A stretch of 64,000 nt of DNA, taken from contig NC_083285.1 of assembly GCF_963506605.1 (NCBI RefSeq), positions 39,246,001 to 39,310,000 on the forward strand, read 5' to 3'. How positions within the stretch are numbered: the stretch's first letter is position 1; every line of letters begins with the position of its first letter. This DNA comes from Zootoca vivipara. Taxonomy: Eukaryota. The notes under the pieces were generated by a model that did not search any database, had not been told where the DNA came from, and saw only the letters and a list, made by a program, of their open reading frames with translations. Shown one piece after another: positions 49,609 through 61,765 of this stretch. Position numbers and translations under genes: made by a program.

Positions 49609-51833
49609 GTAAGCAGCTGCCAGAAATCTGAACTTCCTATAGAATAAGTGTATCCTGAACTTTTGCTGCAGTTATTATAGTTGCCAAATAAATTCCTACT
49701 CAAATTAGTTGATTCTTTGGGGCTTTTCAGTGGTGTTCAATACCACCAACCCAGGGCTGTGGACCCATAAAATGATGCCGGTTGAATTCTGTTATATCCC
49801 ATGGTCATTAGTCTGGGAATCCTGGTTGAAAAGTCATCAATACGCGGATGATACTCAGCACACATACACTTTTTCATCAGACCCTAGGGAGACAGTAGAC
49901 ACTGAACTGATGTCTTGAGGGAGCAGTGTGTCATTGAATATGCAATAACTATCCTAATAAAATAGAAATATTGTTGATTGTGAGAACCAGTGGATCTGGA
50001 GTTAGTTGTACAGCCTGCCTTGGATGGGGTTGCATTTGCTCTGAAAATGGAGGCTCTCGGCTTTGATGTGTTCTTTGATCTGGAACAGCTTCTGGATGCT
50101 GAGCTGGGACCACCTTTGCTGATATACTAAGCTGCACTTACTTGCAGAAGACAATTCTGGCCATGGTAATTCATTCTGAAGCCTGCTAAAGCATCAACTT
50201 TGATAGCATGACTTTACATGGGGCTGCTCTTAAAAGCTTTTCAGACATTTTGGTTGGACCAGACTATCTTAAACTGGTCAGTGAAACATATTACTATGTT
50301 GGTGCACAATCTGAAGGAGTGCTAACAAGGATTTTCTGGGCCCAGTACACTGTATTGGCACTGTAAGAGGACATTTGCATATTAAAATCTTTGTGCCCTT
50401 TTGCTGGTAGCTATGCAATGAATTGTTAATTAATGCTTGCACCATAGATCCTGCACATCAGGAGACATGCTCAATTCCTTCAAATTTTGAATTCACCATG
50501 GTTTTCTTTTAACATTCACCTACACTTACCGTGTAGTAGTATTTGCAGAAAATAACTTCTGGGGACTACCTGAACTCAGACAAACCCACCATAGGAAAGA
50601 TGCGTTCTGGTTGATAAGAAAAAAGGGTATACTACAGAGGTTCCAAGTGCTACAAAATGAGATGGAATCAGGAAAAGTGCACCAAAGGGGAGGGGAAAAC
50701 AGAAGCTCTTTAGGATCCCAGGGATTTCTTTCTCTTGATGCTCACAAAGCTCACTCTTCAACCACAGTTTTGTATTCATTGGTTAAAAAACACTTAAACC
50801 TCCCCTCTCTTCTTCCTAACGTCTCAACAAGCAAGATTGATGTGTAACAATGGAAAAATTATGAGACACTGCATTACATTTGTAAACCAAGAAAAGCCTC
50901 AATAAATTTTTTATTAAAAAACACACACACTTAAACACAGGAGCAGACTGCCTAGCACAGGTGTCAGCAACCTTTTTCAGCCGTGGGTGAGCCATGTGGT
51001 GAGCCAGACTACATTTTGAAAAAATATATGAATTCCTATACAAATTACCCAGAGATGCATTTTAAATAAAAGCACACATTCTACTCGTGTAAAAACACAC
51101 TGATTCCCGGACCGTCCACAGCCCGGATTGAGAAGGCGATTGGGCCGCATCTGGCCCCCGGGCCTTAGGTTGCCTACCCCTGGCCTAGCATATCTCATCA
51201 TAATTGCTTAGTAGGGTATCTGAACATCTTGCTTTATAAGTTTATTTCTAGGAGGGCTAGATTTTTTAAATGAAAGCTCATAGTCAGGGGCAGTGTTTCT
51301 CAACCAGTGTGCCTCCAGATGTTTTGGGACTACAACTCCCATCATTCCTGACCACTGGCCTTGCTAGCTAGGGATGATGGGAGTTGTAGTCCCAAAACAT
51401 CTGGAGGCACACTGGTTGGGAAACACTGGGGCCCTGCTGGCAGTGGTCCTGTTAAATTGGTACCCTCTTGGCAGGCCTTTCAATCTCCACTTGGAATTTT
51501 ATGTGATTTATGGACTGCGGGCTGTTAGAAGAACTCACTATAATACAGTGTTGTTAGACTTTGGGAGAGAGAATTGAAGTTATCTGCCACTAATTGTAGG
51601 AAATATGGTATGTTGTGTGCCTGGGTGGAGACTCCTGCCCCTCCAGTTGACAGCCCAAGACCAATGTTTTGTATAGTTCATTTGTAACTGCTTAGCAATT
51701 TTCCATTGCTTTCTTTGGTTAAAAGATTTTTCAAAGTGAGCAAAAATAGTTAGGCATCCATTAGTAGTCTGAATTTTGTCTGAGCTGCTTCTTGATATTG
51801 CTTTTATATCAGTAAATTTAATCTTCCAAACAG

Positions 51834-51920
51834 GTTTTGAAAAGGCCAGAATATTTTGGGAAATTTGGTAAAATACACAAAGTTGTAATCAACAACAGCA
51901 CATCATATGCAGGCTCACAG
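51834..51920 (+). CDS. CNOT4: CNOT4 exon 4 (RRM)
   Basis: VLKRPEYFGKFGKIHKVVINNSTSYAGSQ; 87 nt. Confidence 0.96.
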
Positions 51921-53111
51921 GTAAGATACTGATTTCCCCTTACCTAGGCAAAAGGTGGGTGTTCAGCTGGCTCTGTTTTTGTCTGTATGTACTGTACTAA
52001 TAACCAGAGTCAGATTAATTCTACAACGTAGAATACCCAGCAGTAAGGTGTAAACTGACCCTGAATTTCTACAATTAGAATGTAATTTCAGTTAAGGGTA
52101 GCCTATAAATGTATTACCCTGCAAACATGTGTACAAATATTTTCATTTGTTCTGTCTGGAATGTAGCCTCCTTATTATTGCCTCCCTGTACACCCCTGTT
52201 CAGGAGTGTAGTTGCATTCTAACTTGGAGCATCCCATGATTTACTATAGCTGCTTTGCTGGTGCAGAAGCTGATATACTAAAAATATGTTATAGTTTTTC
52301 ACTAAATAGAAAGATTGTATTGACTTTTGGGTGTGCATTGTACCTTGGTGAAGATTTTTTAATTATACCCTAATCTGGTTGATATGCTAATGTCATACTA
52401 ATGAAAAAATTAATTCCCATCTCAAAGTATATGTTACTTTTTCATTCAAGTTTGTTAGTAGGAAAGGAATATGTTACTTGGAATACTTAAGCTTTTAAAA
52501 GCTGGCTTCAAAATGGGTAGAGGAGCAAAGAGCAGGCAAAAAGTTAACATAATTGTAAAGAAAGAAGGGAATCCAAATGCATGGTAAGGATTTTGGAGTA
52601 AAGCTGTTGTGGCCTCGTTGCTATGAATATCAGTGTACAGAGTTGGGAAACCATCAATTCAAACCTAACTTCAGCAAGCCCAACCTTGTATGGTATATAT
52701 GATTTTACTCATATTTTTTGAAGAAAGGAACATAGTGTTGTTGTTTTTTTTTAAAAAAACAGGTTTTGCATTCCTGTTGTAGCAGACATTGCCTTAGAAG
52801 TATTCCTTTGTGTTTGTTTTGTGGATAGGAGTGCCTCTTAAAATGGTGCTTGCCAGGTGAAGTATTTAAAAGTACTTCTATGACAAAATGTGTTTTAAAT
52901 TTGCTGTCCGATTAATCACAGGCATTTCTGTAATTTGTTTAAACTGATTATTCACATATTGCAGCAATAACTACTACTGTACTTTTGCAAATGAATCCTT
53001 TGCCGAGGGCTTCTTGTATTAAGTACTTCAGAATTTTGTGAAGTTCAGTGCTGCATTATAGGATGACTAATAAGCTGACCTATGCACATACTTTTCTTTT
53101 TAATTATCTAG

Positions 53112-53213
53112 GGTCCAAGTGCAAGTGCATATGTAACTTACATCCGGTCAGAAGATGCACTCAGAGCCATACAGTGTGTCAATAATGTGGTAGTAGATGG
53201 AAGAACACTTAAG
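53112..53213 (+). CDS. CNOT4: CNOT4 exon 5 (RRM)
   Basis: GPSASAYVTYIRSEDALRAIQCVNNVVVDGRTLK; 102 nt. Confidence 0.96.
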
Positions 53214-53484
53214 GTAATATGAATGTGTGTATGCAACTATAATTATGAATGTATGTGTTTGTAACTATACACTGGTACCTCGGTTTAAGTTCACAATTGG
53301 TTCAGGAAGTCGGTACTTAACCTGAAGCGAACTTTCCCATTGAAAGTAATGGAAAGTGGATTAATCCGTTCCAGACGGGTCCGCGGAGTACTTAAACTGA
53401 AAATACTCAAACCGAAGCGTACTTAAACCAAGGTATGACTGTATAAGAATAAGGTTGTGTGTGTCACGTAATGGCAAATGTTTA

Positions 53485-53981
53485 TAGAATCATAGAGTTG
53501 GAAGAGACCACAAGGGCCATCCAGTCCAACCCCCTGCCAAGCAGGAAACACCATCAAAGCATTCCTGACATATGGCTGTCAAGCCTCTGCTTAAAGACCT
53601 CCAAAGAAGGAGATTCCACCCCACTTCTTGGCAGCAAATTCCACTGTCAAACAGCTCTTACTGTCAGGAAGTTCTTCCTAATGTTTAGGTGGAATCTTCT
53701 TTCTTGTAGTTTGAATCCATTGCTCTGTGTCCGCTTCTCTGGAGCAGCAGAAAACAACCTTTACCCTACTCCATATGACATCCTTTCATATATTTGAACA
53801 TGGCTATCATATCACCCCTTAACCTTCTGTTCTCCAGGCTAAACATACCTAGCTCCCTAAGCCGTTCCTCATAAAGCATTGTTTCCAAGCCTTTAACCAT
53901 TTTGGTTGCCCTCTTCTGGACACGTTCCAGCTTGTCAGTATCCTTCTTGAACTGTGGTGCCCAGAACTGGACACAGTACTC
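53485..53981 (-). mobile_element. CR1 LINE 3' fragment
   Basis: TAGAATCATAGAGTTGGAAG reverse-complement CR1 tail plus end of RT region; other CR1 pieces at ~38430-38575 (+) and ~62420-63240 (-). Confidence 0.8.
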
Positions 53982-54100
53982 ATTACATGTAACTGAGCAC
54001 CATGATACCAGAAGCTGGATTCTAAAACAGGCTTACTTCTAAAGTATATACAGTAGTTTGTTTTCCTTTATGGTTAATGTCTCGTTCCCCCCCCCCCCAG

Positions 54101-54226
54101 GCGTCTTTAGGAACCACGAAATATTGCAGTTACTTTTTGAAGAATATGCAGTGTCCTAAACCAGACTGTATGTATCTACATGAATTAGGGGATGAAGCAG
54201 CCAGTTTCACAAAAGAAGAGATGCAG
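54101..54226 (+). CDS. CNOT4: CNOT4 exon 6 (C3H1 zinc finger)
   Basis: ASLGTTKYCSYFLKNMQCPKPDCMYLHELGDEAASFTKEEMQ; 126 nt. Confidence 0.96.
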
Positions 54227-55104
54227 GTATGTGTGTTGCAACCTATACCATGAAATGTTACTCTAAATGCCTCATATTTCTGATCCGAGCCAGTAAATCA
54301 GAATTGAAACTACAGTTTCGATTTCAGAATGTGGTTTAGAGAAACCACGATCAAAGTATTTAAGCCAACACATGAGGAGAGTGGGAAGAATGCATGTATG
54401 CATCATTTTATCTGTATGCCACCTTTCAATATTTAAAACAATGCTCAAGGGGGCTTCCAACATGAAAACAATTACATAGTAGTCATAAACAGTAAATAAA
54501 ACATACCAGAATGTGCAGAATCTAATAAAAAAAATTCCACATTAAATCATCATAAGATCTAAAAACAAAGATACAAAAATTTATATCAGCAAGAGCAGCA
54601 GCAGCAACAACAACAACACACACACACACACAACACACACACCATTCTCCAACCTAAGGGGTCTGTTCAGCAGCTTCAGCTTTTGTAACTGGAGTCAGTC
54701 AGGGCCCCAACTTCCCAGGCCAGGTGGAAAAGGCCTGCAGTACAGGAAGCAGGTCTTCCAGGTCTCACAGCCAAGACGGTCCCTGGTTGACCATGGCAGC
54801 CTGACACTTGTTCAGCCAGGATATTTACCGGTATGTCCAAACTGGCTTGACTGTCTTCTCTGCTCCTTTTTGAAATGGAGATAATGCCCACAGCTGGAGT
54901 GAGAGGAGAAATAAAGACTTTGAAGCATTCTTGCTGCAGATTTGAAGTTACATAAACTGAGCTGTGAATAAAAGGTAGCAGTTATGTATTATATAAATAT
55001 AATATAATAGTAAATCTCCTACATGATCATCTAAAGGCAATGGACAATAAAAACAAATTAGAAACACAAAAAACCCTACATTTAAAAGAAAACTGAAAGC
55101 CGTA

Positions 55105-55567
55105 CAGTGGTGCCTTGCAAGACGAATTTAATTCATTCCAGGACTCAATTCGTCCTACGAAAAATTCGTCTTGCGAGTCGCGGTTTCCCATAGGAATGCA
55201 TTGAAACTTAATCAATGGGCTATGGGCTCCGGGGGACTGGCGGCGGCATGGGACGGGGCTTCGGAGAAGGCACAGCGCTTCTCCGAAGCCCCGTCCCATG
55301 CCGGCTGTGTGTGAGGCGGCAGGGGGGGAGAAGCGCTTGGCTTCGGCTCCGTCCCCCCTGGCAAAGGAAGAACTGCTGTCAGCTTCCCGCGCTGACAGCT
55401 GATCTTCCTTTGCCGCCTTCCTGCGCTACATTCTATGGCTGCGCTTTGCAAGACGAAGCAGCAGCCATAGAAAACCTCGCCGTCTTGCGAGTCCCTCGCG
55501 CAACGCAAACTCTTTCGTCTTGCGAGTTTTTTGTTGCGCGAGGCATTCGTCTTGCGAGGTACCACTG
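55105..55567. mobile_element. Tc1/mariner (Tigger-like) MITE; relative at 61071-61303
   Basis: TA|CAGTGGTGCCTTGCAAGACG...CGTCTTGCGAGGTACCACTG|TA. Confidence 0.85.
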
Positions 55568-55955
55568 TACAAATTAGAAACTCATGTGAGAGATTCATCA
55601 CTCTGCGCCTTCTGAGCAGGTTACCTAAGAAACTGAAATGGGCATTGTGGGGTACACCTATGAAATGTACTCATTACTATGAATTGTTCTGAGGTTACCT
55701 TTCAGTGAAATTAGAAAGGTCTTACCCAGCTTACAATAAACTCCCTTATGCAGCAATGAATTTACATTCTTACAAAAGAGGCCAAAATAGTTGTCATAGT
55801 CTTGTGATTTGGTGGGACGTGGACTAGGCTAGCTTAAAATAACCAAGCTTCTCTTAGTTGAACATGAGAAATGAAATTTTGATGTAAAGAAGATTTCACT
55901 TCAAATTACCAGGTTGGCAGAGTTGCATTATTTTATAACTATTTTCCCACCCCAG

Positions 55956-56080
55956 GCTGGTAAGCATCAAGAATATGAACAGAAGTTACTCCAGGAATTA
56001 TACAAGTTAAACCCCAACTTCCTCCAGCTGTCTTCAAATGCAGTTGACAAGAACAAGAACAAAGTGACTTCACTACAGAG
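55956..56080 (+). CDS. CNOT4: CNOT4 exon 7 (alternative end at 56089)
   Basis: AGKHQEYEQKLLQELYKLNPNFLQLSSNAVDKNKNKVTSLQ(R); two donors 9 nt apart. Confidence 0.94.
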
Positions 56081-59000
56081 GTATGATGTGTAAGTAAAGG
56101 TTCTCTGCGTGTGCTCTTTAGTTTTCATCAAACCTCCCCCTTTACCCCTCTTTCTCAGCACTCTGTTTCACTGCCTTACTGCTTAAGCCAGCACATTTGA
56201 CATCTTACTTCCTTTGCATCATTATACAGAAGTATGCTGCATTTTCAAACAACTGTGCATGCATTTAGTTAAATGAAATCTGCTGCTTTTATCCCACATT
56301 TGAGCATGTGGGATGCACACATCTCAGCACTTATACCTACATTGATAGGATTTTTGGATGCAATCTGAGTTTTAAGTTTCAGCAGATGTTCGCATTAGTG
56401 CATCATTTACAATTGTAAAATAGTATGTTTTGGTGTGAAATAGCAGGGCATGTCATTAAACTGGAAATACAAAATGCAAGATTTACTCATTTTAAATACA
56501 ACACAACATTACTATGAAAGTGTGAGTTCAGCCTTGCCTTTAGAAGGTGAGAATGCCACAAAGGACTCATCTGAAAGACAAAGTTAGTGTAAAATGTTCT
56601 GACTCATTGCAACTTAGTTGAGATTTTTGTTTCAATACGTTGGCTGCTAATATGTAAGGTGCAGACTTTGACAGAGTAACATAGATTTATACGTATGTCT
56701 GTTTAATGAAAGGTTGCTGAGGTTTTTTTTGACCTAGCATCTATCTGTTCCAAGTAACAATTTTAAGTGGTTGTCTATTTCTGGAGAAGTTTACATAACT
56801 TAATGGCAGAAACACCATTAATATTTAGAATATGACATAAGATTTGTGCTTGCAAGGTACTTCTTGAGTTTGAATGGTAGTCAGACTACTATCACCTCTG
56901 GTTTAGCCTCTTCAACTATTAAAAAGGGACACCTAAATGAATGGGAAAATCTATTTCTAAATGAACACCAGAACTTTGTGACCATAGCAAATGATTGGTG
57001 AACAATAAATTGCACTCTTTAGATCCTTTCTTAATGGGGATCCTTTTCAAATACGATTTCAAGAGCAACCTTGTTCAGGATCCTAAACAATTTTTCCAGT
57101 GCCAAATCTTAATGGATCAGCATTGCCTCTTAAAGGAAAATACAAATCTTGTATTAAGGAAAGTTGATACTTTGACTCTGGGCAGGACATCAGCTCAGTT
57201 TTGTCATGTGCTAGCCTCTCATACCTTCTTACACTCTTGGCTATTGTATTATTGTGAGCTTTGCGAGATAAATACTGTTTCTTCAAAAGCATTAAAAAAA
57301 ATAAACCAAACATGCAAGAGTCAAGTCATGTTTTCTCACAGTGTGGTTTGAGACCTGATGGAGTCACATCATAAGGCAAGAAGAAACAGCAAGAAGACTA
57401 TGTCTTTAGAAATGGCTACAAATTTGGCTCTGTCCAGTCTCTGCAGTAGGAATTTCTCAAGAACTTAATTACCATTCTTTAAAAAAGGCCCAAGATAGAT
57501 TGGGTATGCATGACCATTCTATCTGGCCCATAAAACAAAGTAGAAATAAGCTTACTTCCTACTGGTTCATTCTTAATTGTCTGTGCTGTCTCAGCAGTGT
57601 TAAATCTCCAGTGATTTATTTTATAAGATCCCAGTAAGCTTGAAAGCTGAAGAAACTGAATAAATGTTAGGTTCTTGCTATCATCTTGTCATCCGTTTTG
57701 ATGTTTTTTGCCACTCTTTGCTGTGAATTTAAGTTCTTAAGCATAGAGTTCAGTTTTGTTCCTGAAACAAGTGTCATCTAAGTGGCAAATAAGTTGGTTC
57801 TGCATTCAAAATAGAAAATGCTTCTGCTGTATACTTCATAAAGATTTTCTTTCATGATTTCTTTATTATGAATTTTTCTACTCAAACTTGACTTCCATTG
57901 GTCCATAGAAAAGGCTGTGATTCCCACTGCTTTCTGATTTCATACAGTTCTTGTGGGCAGTAACTTGAAATGCTGACAGAGAAGTAGCCAGTTTGTGAGT
58001 TCACTCATCAGTTACCAACATTCAGATCTGGAAGAGATGGAGGCAAGCAACTTCTATGTGGGTGTAAACTTTAGAACATGGTAGGCAAGCAGATAAGAAT
58101 TACATGGCAGACTAATTTTCAACTTGGTAAATGGAACTGACAGTGCCATATTTACCTTCTTGTAGTGACTGCTTAATGGAACCAGTCCAGAAATGCATGG
58201 AAAGATGAGGAATCAATATGAAAATTGAAAATGCAATCAATTTTTGTTAGTTAGATCAGTGTCATTTGGTTTTAAAAAGCAGGGTGTGTCTGTTCCACAT
58301 TCATTTTGAGAACTCATAAATTTATTGCATTTCAAGGAATGAATGGCAAGACAAGATACACATTTTGAAAAGAGCACAGATCTCTAAATAATCATTATAA
58401 GTTACAGTTCTATATATCCTTCATTCCTTGCTGGGATGGTGATTTCAAAAATAGGGTGAAAGTAAAGGACTAATAAGGAGAAAGAAACATTTATAATTAT
58501 GTTGATGTTTAATATTAATATTTATTGGCATATACATACAAAACCCAGCAGGGAATGTCTGTTTAAAGATGTGATTCCCTGCTTCAGTTTACCTTTATTA
58601 ATCCTCTCAAATAATTTAATACACCAAAAGAACCTTATTTAGTGATCAATGCTTTATATTAGCCTGAGTTCTGAAACTTTGGGAATAAATACTTGAAATG
58701 AGACGAATTGGGTAACTTAGAACTCACCAACTTAGACCTGGCACAGTGATATTTCAGAAGTGTATAATGCAGGTCACATGGGGGAAATCCTCAAGGACAA
58801 AGCATGGATATAGCATCTGAACTAGGAGGGTAGGGGTAACATTATTCATAAAACTGGAGAATGTTGGGATGAAAGAACAGTTTAAGGACCACATGTCTTA
58901 GTGGGATTCACCTAATTTAAAAACACACACAAATTTAAGTATAAACAGCCTGCCTGGTGCAAGAAAACAGTTTCTTTTTACAGTCTTAGTAGCAGACGCT

Positions 59001-59127
59001 AACATTTCTGTTGAAGACCTCCATATTCCTCCACACAGTATATGGCATGAGGAATAATTTCCCCAGTGTTTCACTATTAAGATTTTCTCCATAACTTGAA
59101 CTCTCTTTTACTTTCACCTCTTTCCAG

Positions 59128-59283
59128 ACCCAACAGTAATAACAAAGATGCCTGGCCATCATTACAGAGTTCAAGTAAATCAGTCAACGGCTTAACAATG
59201 GAACACAGGAAAACGCCTCCTATTTTAGAAAATGGCACAGACTCAGAACACATGACTCCAGATGGTCCAGATTCAGATTTCGG
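59128..59283 (+). CDS. CNOT4: CNOT4 additional 156-nt in-frame exon
   Basis: Pyrimidine tract + ccag|, open frame PNSNNKDAWPSLQ...PDGPDSDF(G), donor GG|gtaatt; phase 2 at both ends, matching exon 7. Confidence 0.8.
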
Positions 59284-61612
59284 GTAATTGTGCTGCCTTT
59301 TATACTTTAGTTAGCTTTCTTTCTCTCTCACTGATGTGGAGGGATGATTCTCTAGCCTCTGTCAAGAGAGCTGGATTCAGATTAAAATGGTTGGCCTGAA
59401 CCACTAGGTGATGCCTAGGTGGGGGGACTGCACATTATTTTGCAATGGGCAGTTTGTTCAGGAGAAGTCTGTGTCTAGGCCAGAAGATGATTTTTAAAGG
59501 TAAGGGTTGTGAAAAGGCAAGGCATTTTGAAACAAGTTTCCTTCTGCGTCTGTGTTCTAGCAAACCACGTACTTCACTTCAGCAAACAATTTTCAATATT
59601 CTTTAAGAGAAAAACTTGCTTAGTCTCAATTGGCAGATCTAAGTACGTTACACTCTTCACCCAGGCATTTTGTTAAACAAGTATGGCACTGGATTGAGAT
59701 CCATCAGCTTTCCCCTCCCTTAAGACTACTAAGACTTCCTGGATTTGTGTTTATTGCTGCAATATGTCCCTTGCATCATAAGCATCATTGTGGGTCTTTT
59801 AACAAGCTGGATTCAAAATGCAAGTTGCATAGCACAGCTACATGCTTTTATATTATGCTTTTGAATTGGGAAAACTGATGTGTGCTGTTGCAGCGTGGAA
59901 ACTGCTTTCTTAGGCTCTAGTTTCCCAACTGTAATAGGCTGAGGTGGGGGAAAGTGGCCATATAAGTTGCCTGACTCCATTTTTCTTGTTCTAGTATTAA
60001 TAAGGCACCAGAACACAGGAGGTTACTTCCATGTTGCACCAGTAATGTATGAGCTGGGCCTAAGAAGCTTATTAGGAAATAGGGTAGCTTACTGAATACC
60101 TTGTATTATTGCTCTAACATTGACCTAATACTTCAGACTTCATCACTAGAAATCATTGCAGACGTCAACACTTTTGGAAGTAGAATGTCAATAGAAGAGC
60201 TTTCCTATTTAGAAAAAACATCCCATTACCTAATTTTGAAGCTGTCCTGCTGAGAAGAAAGTGATCTGCTTTAGTTATTCCATTGTGGATTACCATAGCA
60301 CTATTGAAATGTTGCAATATTGCTTTATATGAAGCTAAGCATCTCTTAGGCTCTTGTTTAGTTATGAGCCTGAAAAAATGATCTGAAAATGTTTTACACA
60401 TCTGTAGTACTGGTTCAGCTGACCAGGATCCAAAAGTCCACACACTGAGTAGGAGTTTCTCATCTTTCCCCACTACTGTCTCATCTTCCTCCACCACTAT
60501 CTCACAACCACTTCTGAAGGTTAGAAAACATTTCAGAGCGAGATTTAACATGGTACAAAAGGACTTGAGTTGAAATTAAAAATTGGCAACCTTTCCTCCA
60601 TGAGTGGAAGAGCTTTTTATTTTTACCTTAAGGATCTTTGGGTTCCAGCCTCGCCTGTGGCTAGTCTTACGCCTAAAATGGGCTGATTTGGTACTTTTGA
60701 AACCATATTCAGCGCTTCCTCTAAGTGGATCATAGGTCTAATCCAGATATCAAGATTTTCAGAGGCATGCATTCAGAGACTTAATAGGAACTCAAGCCTA
60801 TTTATTTGTAAAGGGGTTTTGAACATCTGGCAACTTCTATCAAACAGCTGTGTTTCTGGCTGCAGGACTGAAAGACTGCAATATTTCTAATAATGAGAAA
60901 AGAATTAAGAAATAATTAATTTTTGTGTTTGAATAATTAATTTTAAAGTTTCAGTTCATTATAAGTGTTAAATAATTTTACACATAAAGAAAAAACAATC
61001 CATTTGACCTAGTTTTACTCCATACTTTGCTTAAATATATATTTAGTGTTAAGTGGGCTGAAACAATGTACAGTGGTACCTCGCAAGACGAATGCCTCAC
61101 ACAACGAAAAACTTGCAAGACAAAAGTGTTTTGTGATGTTTTTGGTGACTTGCAAGACAAAGTTTTCTATGGCTGTGCTTTGCAAGACAAATCAGTGGTT
61201 TGGGGTTTTTTTTGCCGCAGCAAACTGCGCTTCGCAAGACGAAATTATCGCAAGACAAAGCGACTCGTGGCACGAATTAATTTCGTCTTGTGAGGCACCA
61301 CTGTAATATACACATTTATATGTTTTCGTCAATGCCTATGGATTTAAGATAATTCAACAGATATTGAAAGAGTAGTGTTCTGCCAAAACATCTCTAAAAT
61401 GTAGGCCAGGCACCCCCAAACTTCGGCCCTCCAGATGTTTTGGACTACAATTCCCATCTCCCCCGACCACTGGTCCTGTTAGCTAGGGATCATGGGAGTT
61501 GTAGGCCAAAACATCTGGAGGGCTGCAGTTTGGGGTATAGTGGTCGTTTGATTTCTGAGTTTGTATTTCTGTTGGAATACAGAATACGTTATGGAAACAT
61601 AAAAAATTTTTT

Positions 61613-61765
61613 ACAGGTAGGTAGCCGTGTTGGTCTGACGCAGTCAAAATAAAAATAAAAAATCCAGTAGCACCTTAGAGACCAACTAAGTTTGTCATAG
61701 GTATGAGCTTTCGTGTGCATGCACACTTCTTCAGTATCTGGAAGGATTTTTTATTTTTATTTTAA
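61613..61765 (-). mobile_element. Penelope-like fragment with hammerhead core and short inversion
   Basis: Same terminus and hammerhead motif as 44397-44520. Confidence 0.7.
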
